A program made the position numbers and the translations under genes. A stretch of DNA of 64,000 nucleotides from an uncultured Clostridia bacterium. GTDB lineage: Bacteria; Bacillota; Clostridia; Christensenellales; CAG-314. Shown piece by piece: positions 8,706 through 17,781 of this stretch (position 1 is its first letter; every line of letters starts with the position of its first letter). The notes below the pieces were generated by a model. The model did no database searches and had not been told where the DNA came from. It saw only the letters and a program-made list of their open reading frames with translations. The DNA is taken from contig CANQPI010000007.1 in assembly GCA_947625725.1 (NCBI GenBank), positions 2,168 to 66,167 on the forward strand, in the 5' to 3' direction.

Positions 8706-9505
8706 TTGGCAAGTTTGTAAAGATTTTCAAACAAAACGGCTCGCGTTACGGGTCCGACGCCTCCCGGAACGGGAGAAATCGCGCGGCATTTTTCGTACGC
8801 GTCGGAAGAAACGTCGCCGTGCGTTTTTCCGTTGACAAAACTCAATCCCACGTCCACGACTACCGTTTTGTCCGTTACAAATTCGTCGGTTATCAAATCG
8901 GGAACGCCGCATGCCGATACCAAAATATCCGCAGTGCGACAAACGGCGGGCAAATTTACCGTTTTGGTGTGACATACCGTAACGGTGGCGTCGGCAGATA
9001 GCATTATGTGAATGAGAGGCTTGCCGACGGCGTTGCCGCGCCCCACGATCACAACGTGTTTTCCCGACAGTCCCACGCCGTAGTGATCCAACAATTCTTT
9101 TACCGCCGAAGGCGTTGCGGGACAAACTTTGGCTTGTCCCTCGTACATACTTGCAACGGACAGCGGATTGCAACAGTCAAGATCTTTGTTGACGTCCGCA
9201 AATCGGTAAGCCGCACTGAATTCGCGCGGCAAGGGTTGCTGTATCAAAATGCCGTCTATTCGACTGTCTTTGGCGGCGGTATCGACTAGTTCGCAAAATT
9301 CTTGCGGAAGCACGTCGTCGGATACGGTGCGATTTTGACAATTCACGCCGATTTTTTGCGCGCTTTTGGTCAAAGAGGAAGTATATTGCGTCCACTTGGG
9401 CTCGTCAAAACCCAACGTAAACAATGTCGCGCCCGCCACTCGTTGAGAGATCTTGGCGTAAATCGCGTCCGCGCAAGGCTTTCCCGCAAGTAAAAGCGCG
9501 CTCAT
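8702..9505 (-). CDS. folD: Bifunctional methylenetetrahydrofolate dehydrogenase/cyclohydrolase
   Basis: 267-aa ORF with VVIVGRGNAVGKP and PVPGGVGPVT motifs. Gene order nusB-folD-xseA. Confidence 0.9.
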   Translation of the reverse strand: MSALLLAGKPCADAIYAKISQRVAGATLFTLGFDEPKWTQYTSSLTKSAQKIGVNCQNRTVSDDVLPQEFCELVDTAAKDSRIDGILIQQPLPREFSAAYRFADVNKDLDCCNPLSVASMYEGQAKVCPATPSAVKELLDHYGVGLSGKHVVIVGRGNAVGKPLIHIMLSADATVTVCHTKTVNLPAVCRTADILVSACGVPDLITDEFVTDKTVVVDVGLSFVNGKTHGDVSSDAYEKCRAISPVPGGVGPVTRAVLFENLYKLAK

Positions 9506-9891
9506 TGTCTGCTCCCGTTATAAGCGGCTAGTATCCCGTTTACGTAGGAAACGCTTTTTTCCGTGGAATATTTTTTCGCAAAAGAAACGGCTTCGTTTAT
9601 TATCACGGGGACGGGAGTATCGAGGTTGTTCATTTCCCAAATCGCCATTTCGATTGCGGCAAGATCCGGTCTGTAAATACGCGACAGTTTGAAGGAACGC
9701 GAAAATTCGCCGACGACGGAATCCAATTGCGATTTTTGCTCGATCACGCCGTTGACAAGCGCGTTGGCGAATTGAATATCCTGTTCGTCCAACATTTTTT
9801 GATCGAACTGCGAATAGTCGCCGTCGAAACGACCGCTGATCAAGTAAGCGTATATTTTGCAAAATGCAACTTCTCTTGCGTAACTTCTCAT
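9502..9891 (-). CDS. nusB: Transcription antitermination factor NusB
   Basis: Track ORF 9502..9945 trimmed to MRSYAREVAFCKIYAYL.. (ATG 9891, GGAG upstream). NusB-like length and sequence. Sits upstream of folD. Confidence 0.85.
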   Translation of the reverse strand: MRSYAREVAFCKIYAYLISGRFDGDYSQFDQKMLDEQDIQFANALVNGVIEQKSQLDSVVGEFSRSFKLSRIYRPDLAAIEMAIWEMNNLDTPVPVIINEAVSFAKKYSTEKSVSYVNGILAAYNGSRQ

Positions 9892-9956
9892 ACACGTAAC
9901 TCCGTCTGTTTGTTCACAAAACGCGCAAAACCCTTTGTTTGCCAAAGGGTTGCGAG

Positions 9957-10286
9957 TTAATTTTCTTCAAATTCAACTTCGATCACATGAACGTTGACGT
10001 CCTTGACCTTGAACTCCGTCATGCTTTCTATGGTGTTTTTGACGGTGCTTTGAATGTTGCTTGCGACGTCGCTCACTTCCACGTTGTAGGCGAGTTTGAC
10101 GTAAACGTCAACATACACCTCGTCGTCAACGTATTCCACCTTGATCGAATCTCTCGACTGCTTGGAATTGGCGGGATATTTCACCACGCCGTCCACTTCG
10201 TTCAGCGCGCAGTCCACAATGTCGCGGATAATTTCGCTGCTGTACACAAGTCTGCCGGATTCGTCAAATCTGTTTACTACTTTCAT
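9957..10286 (-). CDS. Asp23/Gls24 family envelope stress protein (YqhY-like)
   Basis: 109-aa ORF with ..VYSSEIIRDIVDCALNEVDGVV.. typical of the Asp23 family. Same position as yqhY, upstream of nusB, in Bacillus. Confidence 0.85.
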   Translation of the reverse strand: MKVVNRFDESGRLVYSSEIIRDIVDCALNEVDGVVKYPANSKQSRDSIKVEYVDDEVYVDVYVKLAYNVEVSDVASNIQSTVKNTIESMTEFKVKDVNVHVIEVEFEEN

Positions 10287-10358
10287 AAGTAACTCCCGTT
10301 TTGTCTTTTAAGCGGATCTGGCGCATGTTCCCCACTGCGACTCCGATCGCTTTTATGT

Positions 10359-10387
10359 ATTATAGCACACTTTTTGTAAAATTACAA
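10359..10387 (-). promoter_or_regulatory. Sigma-A-type promoter candidate for the asp23-nusB-folD-xseAB-ispA unit (TTGTAA-17-TATAAT)
   Basis: On the reverse strand, -35 TTGTAA is at 10387-10382 and -10 TATAAT at 10364-10359, with a 17-nt spacer. It starts 4 nt after the spoIIIAH stop. Confidence 0.45.
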
Positions 10388-10390
10388 TAA

Positions 10391-10867
10391 TTATACTGAG
10401 AGTATTCCCACGTATTCGGGTTCGATAGCCGTTTCGGTCGCGATGATATTGTAAATGCGAATGGTATCGTCCAGCGTAAGTTCGTCCTTGTCCACGATCA
10501 CGCTCACGTTGTCCATGTTGGTGTTGACGGTGACAAGCACGTCTTCGAAGCCTTGCGCTTTGAGCAACGTTTCCAACAGCATTTCCGTATCCATGGCGTT
10601 TACGATTTTTTGCTTTTGCGCAAGGGCGTTTTGTCTTGCCTCGGCATATTCGTCGCCTTCCATGTTGAGTATCTCGTTCAATTCGGCAATTTCGTAGTCG
10701 CGAGTGGTCTGTCTGTTCAAACGGGACGTTGAGAAAAAGCCGGTCTGCACGGTACTGCCCTGCGCCTCACTCTTGTTGTCCGTCAACAAGACAACGTTAA
10801 GAACGGCTGCCACCACCAATACGGCTACCATCGAAACGATCAGTGCGATTTTCTTTCCTTTTGACAT
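10391..10867 (-). CDS. spoIIIAH: Stage III sporulation protein AH
   Basis: 158-aa ORF with an N-terminal TM segment, then FFSTSRLNRQTTRD.. and ..ETLLKAQGFEDVLV.. typical of SpoIIIAH. Last gene of an AA-AH operon. GGGAGG RBS. Confidence 0.8.
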   Translation of the reverse strand: MSKGKKIALIVSMVAVLVVAAVLNVVLLTDNKSEAQGSTVQTGFFSTSRLNRQTTRDYEIAELNEILNMEGDEYAEARQNALAQKQKIVNAMDTEMLLETLLKAQGFEDVLVTVNTNMDNVSVIVDKDELTLDDTIRIYNIIATETAIEPEYVGILSV

Positions 10868-10879
10868 ATTCGGTCCTCC

Positions 10880-11371
10880 CTAACTTTTATATGTAAACAC
10901 CTGTACGTCCTGCGAGGAAACGTCCAGAAGCGTTACAACGACATTGACTATTTTGAATTTTACCACGGGGTCGTCTGCGCCTTCGGCTACGACCACCACT
11001 CCGAGGATCTTGGGCGGAAGCGTTTTGGTGACGAGCGGCTCGCCTTTCATAGAAACGACGCTGCTCGTTTGTTTTGTCACTCCGCCCGAGGTTGTAGTTT
11101 CCGTTTCGTAGGCGTACACCTTTTCCCCGTCGCTTTCGTAGGAGATCGCGACGCGAACCTTTCCGCAGCCGTCGATTTTTTCTACTACGCTACAAATTTT
11201 ATGCTCCATTTGGGCGATATATGATTCGTCTGCGGTGTTTTTTTCGGTTTGTTTTGCATTGTTGCCTACAAACACCGCCACGATCACCGCCAAAGCGAGC
11301 GTCAAAGCAATATACAGTTCGATATTTTTTACCGTTTTCAGTTTTTTGAAAAAGTTTTTTATTTTTTCCAT
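10880..11371 (-). CDS. spoIIIAG: Stage III sporulation protein AG
   Basis: Track ORF 10880..11497 trimmed to MEKIKNFFKKLKT.. (ATG 11371, after the spoIIIAF stop). TM segment plus the C-terminal ..PPKILGVVVVAEGADDPVVK.. motif. Confidence 0.8.
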   Translation of the reverse strand: MEKIKNFFKKLKTVKNIELYIALTLALAVIVAVFVGNNAKQTEKNTADESYIAQMEHKICSVVEKIDGCGKVRVAISYESDGEKVYAYETETTTSGGVTKQTSSVVSMKGEPLVTKTLPPKILGVVVVAEGADDPVVKFKIVNVVVTLLDVSSQDVQVFTYKS

Positions 11372-11379
11372 ATCGACAC

Positions 11380-11802
11380 CTACGTCCATACAATACTCAG
11401 TTCGTACCGAGAAAAATGACTTGCCATGACCGATTTGACGGTATTTTCTTTCGAACTTTCCTTTCGACTCAACGTGAGAGCGATTTTGCCGTCGCAAACC
11501 CGAACTTCGACGGGCGAAACGCCGTTGCTCAAAAGCAACGTTTGAACGGATCTTGCGACTTCCGCGTTTTGTCTGTCCTCAACGTTAGCGAGATATTGTT
11601 GTTGCACTTCCGTTTCCGTTTCGGTATTCCACAAATCGAAATCGCCGTCCAACAGCCCGACGATCGGCTGCACTATGACCAACGTGACGACAATGCCAAA
11701 GACGGTCCTGACGTATTTGCGCGTTTGCCCCTCGGGCAAAATTACGTCGCACAAAACGGAAAGAATTGCTATCCCCGCCACAGTAACGACCCATTGTCCC
11801 AT
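11380..11802 (-). CDS. spoIIIAF: Stage III sporulation protein AF
   Basis: 140-aa ORF with two N-terminal TM segments. Position between spoIIIAE and spoIIIAG. Confidence 0.75.
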   Translation of the reverse strand: MGQWVVTVAGIAILSVLCDVILPEGQTRKYVRTVFGIVVTLVIVQPIVGLLDGDFDLWNTETETEVQQQYLANVEDRQNAEVARSVQTLLLSNGVSPVEVRVCDGKIALTLSRKESSKENTVKSVMASHFSRYELSIVWT

Positions 11803-11803
11803 A

Positions 11804-12943
11804 CTACACTCCGTTTACCGTACAAATGGCGATCAACGTCAGAATACTGAACATAAATGCGACCGCTAGTATCAACACTGCCAAAAAAGTGAGCGTTTTG
11901 CTCATTCCGCCGAGTATTTTGACGTATTTTTCGTTTGCAACGGGTTCCGCCAACGCCGAAACGGCTTGCAGACCCAAATTAAGACAAAGCACGCTTACGA
12001 GAGGCTTGACTATCGCAAACAACAACGCCAACAACGTTACCGCTCCAAAGGCGTTTTTTATCAACGAGGTGCTGGCGGCTACCATGTCGAAACCGTCCGC
12101 GAGATACCCGCCCAAAATGGGAATGTAACTTTTTGTCGCAAATTTTGCCGCGCGAAAAGATACCCCGTCGATCGTGGCGGCGGATATACCCTGCACCGTC
12201 GTTACCGCGGAAAACAGCATAAACAACACGCCCAAAATCCACCCCGAGGCGTTTGTAAAAAATTCGGACGCCTTTGTTACGCGCACATTGGAAGAAATGT
12301 TGCTCACCACGGCAAATACCAGAGCGAAAATAGACAAAGGCAACACAACGGAGCGCACGATCTGAATTATCCCCGTGGAAAACATCACCATTGACGGCTG
12401 GCACACCGAGGACGTTACGTTAGCGCCGTTGGCGACAAGCAACGTCAACAAAATCGGCGACGCCGCCTCGCTCAACGCCGAAACTTTGTTGAGCAAGTCA
12501 AAGACCTGCCTGTAAACGTTTACGACCATGGCAAGCACCGCGCCGATAACGACCGTTGCGCCCACAAAGGAAACAACGCTGTCGGTGCTTTCCGAAATGA
12601 GTCCGCCGTTTGTTTTGCGGAGCAATCCGAGAATTACCATAACGGCAAAAACAGCAACGAGTTGAGGCGTCAGGTCTTTTATCCCCTCTCCGAAAAGTGA
12701 TACGATAACTTGCCAAAAACTCTCGGCGGAGTCGAATTCGCCGTTGATTATGCTGCGCACCTTGCTTGCCACGCCGTCGAAAAAGCCCTTCGACGCATCC
12801 TCCATATCGGAAAAATCTATGTTGCCCAGCCCTTGGTTTACGTTGTTTTCCAACTCCTCCATCAGGTCGGTTTCGGCATGCGCAACCGCGGGTATCAACA
12901 ACGTCGCCAGCAAAACGGCAATTATCAGCAAACGCAATTTCAT
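11804..12943 (-). CDS. spoIIIAE: Stage III sporulation protein AE (polytopic membrane protein)
   Basis: Track ORF 11804..13198 trimmed to MKLRLLIIAVLLATLLIPAVAHAETD.. (ATG 12943, ATGA overlap with the spoIIIAD stop). The upstream 85 codons are Arg-rich and overlap spoIIIAD. Confidence 0.9.
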   Translation of the reverse strand: MKLRLLIIAVLLATLLIPAVAHAETDLMEELENNVNQGLGNIDFSDMEDASKGFFDGVASKVRSIINGEFDSAESFWQVIVSLFGEGIKDLTPQLVAVFAVMVILGLLRKTNGGLISESTDSVVSFVGATVVIGAVLAMVVNVYRQVFDLLNKVSALSEAASPILLTLLVANGANVTSSVCQPSMVMFSTGIIQIVRSVVLPLSIFALVFAVVSNISSNVRVTKASEFFTNASGWILGVLFMLFSAVTTVQGISAATIDGVSFRAAKFATKSYIPILGGYLADGFDMVAASTSLIKNAFGAVTLLALLFAIVKPLVSVLCLNLGLQAVSALAEPVANEKYVKILGGMSKTLTFLAVLILAVAFMFSILTLIAICTVNGV

Positions 12944-13326
12944 AGCACCAAACCAAATATCAAGCGGAAAAGTTTTTCGACAAGGGGCAACGCGCAGAAC
13001 AAAATGGCGACCTTGGAGGCAAGCAAAACCTTGTCGCCTATGCTCTTGCAGTTGGCGTCTATGCAAAGGTTGTTGCCGAATTCCGCAAGATAACCGATAC
13101 CCACCACTTTGATAACGCAACCTATCGCTTCGCCGTCTATCCCCGACTGTTCCGCAAAGTTGTAGAAAACGTACACAACGTCGTAGAGCGCGTCGCAAAC
13201 GGCAAGCAACAACACTACCGAAACGCCCACAGTGAGAGGCAACGCAAACTCCGGTTTCAGTTGGCGAATTAGCGCAATCCCCGCCACGGCGACAAGCGCG
13301 AGCAAGACGATCTTGTAGAAATCCAT
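12940..13326 (-). CDS. spoIIIAD: Stage III sporulation protein AD
   Basis: 128-aa hydrophobic ORF at the expected position in the operon. Confidence 0.85.
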   Translation of the reverse strand: MDFYKIVLLALVAVAGIALIRQLKPEFALPLTVGVSVVLLLAVCDALYDVVYVFYNFAEQSGIDGEAIGCVIKVVGIGYLAEFGNNLCIDANCKSIGDKVLLASKVAILFCALPLVEKLFRLIFGLVL

Positions 13327-13328
13327 AA

Positions 13329-13523
13329 CTACAAACCGAACAAGGAGCGCACAGTGTCGTAGAGTTGAACGATAACGTCCAACATCATGACCAAAGCGAC
13401 GACAAGCCCCACGACGGATACTACGGTAGCGATCTCATCTCTGCCTGAACGTTTGAGCAACATCGAAGCGATTGCGGTTATTATGCCGATTGCGGCGATT
13501 TTCAAAATTACGGAGATTTCCAT
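13329..13523 (-). CDS. spoIIIAC: Stage III sporulation protein AC
   Basis: 64-aa two-TM ORF (MEISVILKIAAIGIITAIASMLLKRSGRDEIA..) typical of SpoIIIAC. Confidence 0.85.
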   Translation of the reverse strand: MEISVILKIAAIGIITAIASMLLKRSGRDEIATVVSVVGLVVALVMMLDVIVQLYDTVRSLFGL

Positions 13524-13533
13524 ATCACCCCTG

Positions 13534-13980
13534 TCAAATGAGCAAAATTCCCACCGAAACGCCCAACAAAATACCCAACTTGGGATATATCGCGGCTTTT
13601 GTCGATTTGTCCGAACATTCCTTTGCCTGCGCGGAAAATATCGCCTTGTAGTACGCTATGTGATTTGCCAATTCTCTGCTTCCCAGTGCGCCGAGATTGG
13701 CAAAAAATTCCTCCATAGATCTCTTTTGCGAAGGGACAAGTTTTACCCGAAGTTTGTTTTGCAACAAATATTCGCCGAAACTTTCGCCGCAACTTTCGGC
13801 AAAACGCTCGTTGAAAAGAGGCAACGCGGTTTGTTTCGACTCCACGTTTAGCGCAAGCAACTCCGCGTATTTGGTGAGATCGGAGTAAAAGGACGTCAAC
13901 ATTCGGGCGCGACGTTCCAAGTACTTTCCTATCGCAAAACCGCACAGCGAACATGCTATCAGTATTACTATGTCTAACAT
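13534..13980 (-). CDS. spoIIIAB: Stage III sporulation protein AB
   Basis: 148-aa ORF with an N-terminal TM segment, at the expected position in the operon. Confidence 0.75.
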   Translation of the reverse strand: MLDIVILIACSLCGFAIGKYLERRARMLTSFYSDLTKYAELLALNVESKQTALPLFNERFAESCGESFGEYLLQNKLRVKLVPSQKRSMEEFFANLGALGSRELANHIAYYKAIFSAQAKECSDKSTKAAIYPKLGILLGVSVGILLI

Positions 13981-13996
13981 ATTATTCTACAAAACG
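13961..13996. repeat. Copy D of the recurrent quasi-palindromic element, embedded at the spoIIIAA stop / spoIIIAB start junction
   Basis: Plus strand reads AGTATTACTATGTCTAACATATTATTCTACAAAACG. 24/29 identical to copy C. An ungapped 50-nt alignment (13961-14010 vs 51883-51932) gives 35/50 identity to copy B. Confidence 0.4.
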
Positions 13997-14839
13997 ATAT
14001 TTTTCGTCATTGTCAAGTGCCTTTTTACAGAAAATCTTGGGTTTGTCGCCAATTTGACTCAAAACAACAAACGTCGCGAACTCTTTGAATCGCCCGATTT
14101 TTTGTTCGAAATCTTCAATATTTTTTCCGTGCAGACTGCAAGCCAAGTTTACGCCGCTGTTCAGACAGTACCTCACTGCGTCGGCGTCATCCGAACAGAG
14201 TTCGTCGCACACAATCCATTGGGGCGACATTGCCCTCACCGCTACGTCGAACGCGTAGGATTTGCTTGCCCATTTGAGGACGTCGCAGTCGGAATTGTCC
14301 GAAACATTGCCGTCGAAGAACAGTTCGCCGCGCTCGTCCGCCACCAAAACATTGTAGCGCCGCGACAGTTTTGTCGATAGATCTCTCAAAAAAGTCGTCT
14401 TGCCGCTGCAAGGAGGACCTATTACGGCTACGCTACCTCGGCAAACAATGTCGAACGTTTTTTCATCTACTACGCGCAAATTGTGCGGGATACGAAAACA
14501 CAGAGAGGAGTAACTTTGAAACACGGGTTCTTTTGCGCCCGCAACCGCGCCGCACACCCCCACTCGCACTCCGTCGTCCATGGTAAAAAAGCCGCTTGCC
14601 AACATTTTTTCGTAAGTGTAAACGGAATTGAAACAAGCGCGGCGGACTATTTGGTCGCAAGATTCTTTGAGAACAATACCGCCGCCGTTTTGACTCAGGC
14701 AGTTTGTTCCCACAAAGTACCAAGTTCCCGCAACGTTCACGCGGACGGGACGGTTGTTTCGAATACGAATTTCCCTCACATCCGTCAGTCCGCGCAGTTT
14801 GTCCGATATTTCCGACGGCAAACAGTCCCACGCTTTCAT
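13982..14839 (-). CDS. spoIIIAA: Stage III sporulation protein AA (ATPase)
   Basis: Track ORF 13982..14959 (TTG start) trimmed to MKAWDCLPSEISDKLRGL.. (ATG 14839). Walker A GPPCSGKTTFLRD. The start choice is uncertain because no strong SD is present. Confidence 0.85.
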   Translation of the reverse strand: MKAWDCLPSEISDKLRGLTDVREIRIRNNRPVRVNVAGTWYFVGTNCLSQNGGGIVLKESCDQIVRRACFNSVYTYEKMLASGFFTMDDGVRVGVCGAVAGAKEPVFQSYSSLCFRIPHNLRVVDEKTFDIVCRGSVAVIGPPCSGKTTFLRDLSTKLSRRYNVLVADERGELFFDGNVSDNSDCDVLKWASKSYAFDVAVRAMSPQWIVCDELCSDDADAVRYCLNSGVNLACSLHGKNIEDFEQKIGRFKEFATFVVLSQIGDKPKIFCKKALDNDEKYRFVE

Positions 14840-14864
14840 ACCATAGATTATTGGACAAGCCTCG

Positions 14865-14894
14865 AATTTATGCAAAGTAAATATTGGACTATGA
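14865..14894 (-). promoter_or_regulatory. Weak candidate mother-cell (sigma-E-like) promoter for spoIIIA
   Basis: Reverse strand reads TCATAGT-N15-CATAAATT, about 25 nt upstream of ATG 14839. It loosely resembles the Bacillus sigma-E consensus (ATA..CATACAnT). Match made by eye only. Confidence 0.2.
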
Positions 14895-15233
14895 GTCGCG
14901 ACGTCGCTAAACGACTGTTGCAAACTCTTGAATAAAAAAGGCCGTCGCACTTTCCGCAACGGTTTTACTTGTAAAGAATTCTATTTTTCTGTTCCCAAGC
15001 GGATAAAAGTATCACAACAGTTCGGTCGCACGGTCAGAGTTCGTTGATACGATCATGTCGTTTTTCAGCGATATAACAACAAAATCCAACTAAATTCGCA
15101 GATTCCCTTGGGGCAACATTCCCTCAATAGTTGGCGTAACCTCAAAATACGCCGCTAATGTATGTATTTACAATTTTTACAATCTACAACTTTTTTTGGG
15201 AATTTCACTTGAAAGTATAATTCACCACAATAC

Positions 15234-15261
15234 AAAAGCGAGCGATCATTCGATCGCTCGC
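15234..15261 (-). terminator. Rho-independent terminator after efp
   Basis: On the reverse strand, a 10-bp perfect stem GCGAGCGATC/GATCGCTCGC with a 4-nt loop is followed by UUUU, 13 nt after the efp stop. Confidence 0.75.
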
Positions 15262-15273
15262 CGTTTTGCCAAA

Positions 15274-15834
15274 TTACTTTGCGCGCTCCATGTATTCCCC
15301 TGTGCGGGTGTCAATGCGGATCTTGTCGCCCTCGTTGACAAACATAGGCACCATCAACGTGTAGCCTGTTTCCACGGTCGCGGGTTTGGTGGCGTTTGTA
15401 GCCGTGTTGCCCGCAACGGCAAGTTCGCAACTTGTTACTTCCAACACAACAAAGTTGGGAGGTTCAACGGAGAAAGCCTCGCCCTTGTAGAACTTGATGG
15501 TCGCCATCATGTTCTCTTTGAGGAATTGCAACGCGTCCTCTACCTGTCCCTTGTTGAGGGGTACTTGCTCGTAGGTTTCGTTGTCCATAAAGTAATACAG
15601 ATCGCCGTCGGAATACAGATATTCCATTTCCTTGTTTTCGATGTGAGCAAGTTCGAACTTTTCGGACGGGTTGAAAGTTTCCTCACGAACAGCGCCCGTA
15701 ACAACGTTCTTGATCTTTGTTCTCACAAACGCCGCGCCCTTGCCCGGCTTGACATGTTGGAAATCCACGATCACATAAATACCGTTGTTATAAACGAACG
15801 TTACGCCTTTTCTGAAATCGCCTGCTAAAATCAT
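15274..15834 (-). CDS. efp: Elongation factor P
   Basis: 186-aa ORF with the [17 protein letters not shown] loop. GGGAGG RBS. Confidence 0.95.
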   Translation of the reverse strand: MILAGDFRKGVTFVYNNGIYVIVDFQHVKPGKGAAFVRTKIKNVVTGAVREETFNPSEKFELAHIENKEMEYLYSDGDLYYFMDNETYEQVPLNKGQVEDALQFLKENMMATIKFYKGEAFSVEPPNFVVLEVTSCELAVAGNTATNATKPATVETGYTLMVPMFVNEGDKIRIDTRTGEYMERAK

Positions 15835-15858
15835 AAAAATGTAGCCTCCCTTTTTATC

Positions 15859-16923
15859 CTATAACATTATAATAGATTTGTCGGAAGTTGTCAAGTCGGT
15901 TATGCCATCTTCCTCAATAAGCAACAAATCTTCTATTCTTACGCCGCCTACTCCCGGGATATATATACCCGGTTCGCACGTGATAAACTGTCTTGCAGTA
16001 AGAATATCGGCAGAACGCGCCGAAGCCGTGGGCGTTTCGTGTATGTCAATGCCCAAACTGTGTCCCGTGCTATGTACAAAATATTGTTCGTAACCGTTGG
16101 ACATAATCACCTCGCGGCAAAACGAATCGAATTCTCTGCCGCCCATGCCGCAGTAGGCGTTGTTGATGCCGATAGTCTGCGCAAGTTTTACAATGTTGTA
16201 AATTTTGCGCAATTCCTCGCTTGGCGTGCCCACAAACACGGTGCGAGTCATATCCGAGCAGTAACCGTGATACCTTGCGCCGAAGTCCATAGTGACGGGA
16301 TCGCCCAATTCGATAAGTTTGTCCGTCGGGTGCGCGTGCGGTTTGGAAGAATTGACGCCCGAGGCGATTATCGTATCGAAAGCCAGCCCCTCCGCGCCGT
16401 TTTTTGCCATTTGATACTCCAACTCCACCGCTATGTCCCTCTCAGAAACTCCCACTTTGATGTAATTGAGAATTTCGGAAAAAGCCTTGTCGGTGATGGA
16501 CTGCGCTTTTTTGATAAAGGAAATTTCCTCGTCCGTTTTGAAACTGCGGACATAACAAATATCCTTGCCAACGCCCGTCATTTTGAAGTCGGACAACTCC
16601 CTTTTGAGCGCGTTAAATTCGCTTACGGTAAGTTCGTTATCCTCGTATCCGACCGTTTTGACGCCGTTTTTGGCAAGCACTTGTCTGAGGACGTCCGTCG
16701 CGCCCGCGCCGTTTGATATTTGCAAAACCTCTACGCCTTGCTCGACGAGGCTTTGAGCCATTTCGTAATATCTCGGGTCGGTGATAAACACGTTTTTGTC
16801 GTGCAAAAGCACGAGGTATCCAAATGTTGACGCAAATCCCGTAAAATACATACGGTTCTTTTCGCTGACGACCAATACGGCGTCTACCTTTGCCAATTCA
16901 AACAGTTTGTCGGTTTGTTTCAT
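15859..16923 (-). CDS. Xaa-Pro aminopeptidase (M24B family)
   Basis: Track ORF trimmed to MKQTDKLFEL.. (ATG 16923, GGGAGG RBS). M24 metal-ligand motif HSTGHSLGIDIHE. Pairing with efp as in Bacillus (yqhT-efp). Confidence 0.85.
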   Translation of the reverse strand: MKQTDKLFELAKVDAVLVVSEKNRMYFTGFASTFGYLVLLHDKNVFITDPRYYEMAQSLVEQGVEVLQISNGAGATDVLRQVLAKNGVKTVGYEDNELTVSEFNALKRELSDFKMTGVGKDICYVRSFKTDEEISFIKKAQSITDKAFSEILNYIKVGVSERDIAVELEYQMAKNGAEGLAFDTIIASGVNSSKPHAHPTDKLIELGDPVTMDFGARYHGYCSDMTRTVFVGTPSEELRKIYNIVKLAQTIGINNAYCGMGGREFDSFCREVIMSNGYEQYFVHSTGHSLGIDIHETPTASARSADILTARQFITCEPGIYIPGVGGVRIEDLLLIEEDGITDLTTSDKSIIML

Positions 16924-16935
16924 AATTCCTCCCAA

Positions 16936-17781
16936 CTAAACGCTTTCGTAGATGTGTTTCATTTGCAACGCGTCGTCGGCTTGGGTACCGTCCGACTCGC
17001 AAATGACGACGGGCGACAATTTGTATTTTTTCAAAACTTTTGCCAAGGGCGCAAATTCCGGTCCGAACACCGTATCGGCAAACGTGAGGTGTCGCACCTC
17101 TCCGCCCGCGGAATACTCTATTTTGGAAAAATGAATATGCACTTTGTCGGCGCGTTCAAAGCCCAAATTGTCGATCAGATGAAGAATGATACGTTCAAAA
17201 TCTTCTTCGGTTTTGAGGCTGCCGTAGGTGCGCGCGTTGATGTGTCCGAAATCGATCGTCGGCACAAAAAAGTCCGCTGTCTTGCAAAACGACGTAACTT
17301 CCTCCACATCTCCGATCTGATTGATCTTGCCCATTGTTTCGGGACAGAATATGCAGTCGTCCATTTTGTTGTCAACGATCAGGTTTGCCAATGTTTCCAT
17401 GCGCTTTTGCGTCAATTCGATAGCGTCCTTTCGCGTCATTTTGCCGACGGTCGCGGGGTGAAACACAACGCGATTACCGCCAAAGGCGCGTGCCTTTTCG
17501 CAACTGCGCAACACGTATCCGAAAGATTTTTGCGCCATTTCGTCCGACGGGTTTGCCAAATTGATGTAGTACGGCGCGTGTACCGAGATCGCCACGTCAA
17601 AAGTTTTGCCCAACTCGCCTATGGCCGCGGCTTTTTCGTTGCTGATATTTATGCCCCGCCCGAAAGAATATTCGTAGGCGTTTAACCCCTGTTCCGCAAG
17701 CCACTTGGGGGCGTCCATGCTCGAAACATGTCCCTCGTCGTAAAATCTTGCGCTGTTGCCGCTTGGACCGAATCTAATCAT
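16936..17781 (-). CDS. TIM-barrel AP endonuclease family 2 / endonuclease IV-like protein
   Basis: 281-aa ORF. The pattern ..ISVHAPYYINLA..RVVFHP..PETMGK..DFGHINAR.. resembles the xylose-isomerase-like or Nfo fold. Function not established. Confidence 0.55.
   Translation of the reverse strand: MIRFGPSGNSARFYDEGHVSSMDAPKWLAEQGLNAYEYSFGRGINISNEKAAAIGELGKTFDVAISVHAPYYINLANPSDEMAQKSFGYVLRSCEKARAFGGNRVVFHPATVGKMTRKDAIELTQKRMETLANLIVDNKMDDCIFCPETMGKINQIGDVEEVTSFCKTADFFVPTIDFGHINARTYGSLKTEEDFERIILHLIDNLGFERADKVHIHFSKIEYSAGGEVRHLTFADTVFGPEFAPLAKVLKKYKLSPVVICESDGTQADDALQMKHIYESV

Noticed and set aside
11804-13198. N-terminal extensions in the ORF track. Examples are SpoIIIAE +85 aa, IF-2 +72 aa, IspG +44 aa, NifS +42 aa, RNase III +48 aa, SpoIIIAA +40 aa, PyrH +34 aa and SpoIIIAG +42 aa.
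   Set aside because: The track uses the most upstream ATG/GTG/TTG. The extensions are Arg/Cys-rich, overlap the preceding gene, and lack an SD. Internal Met codons with an SD or ATGA-type coupling give canonical N-termini.
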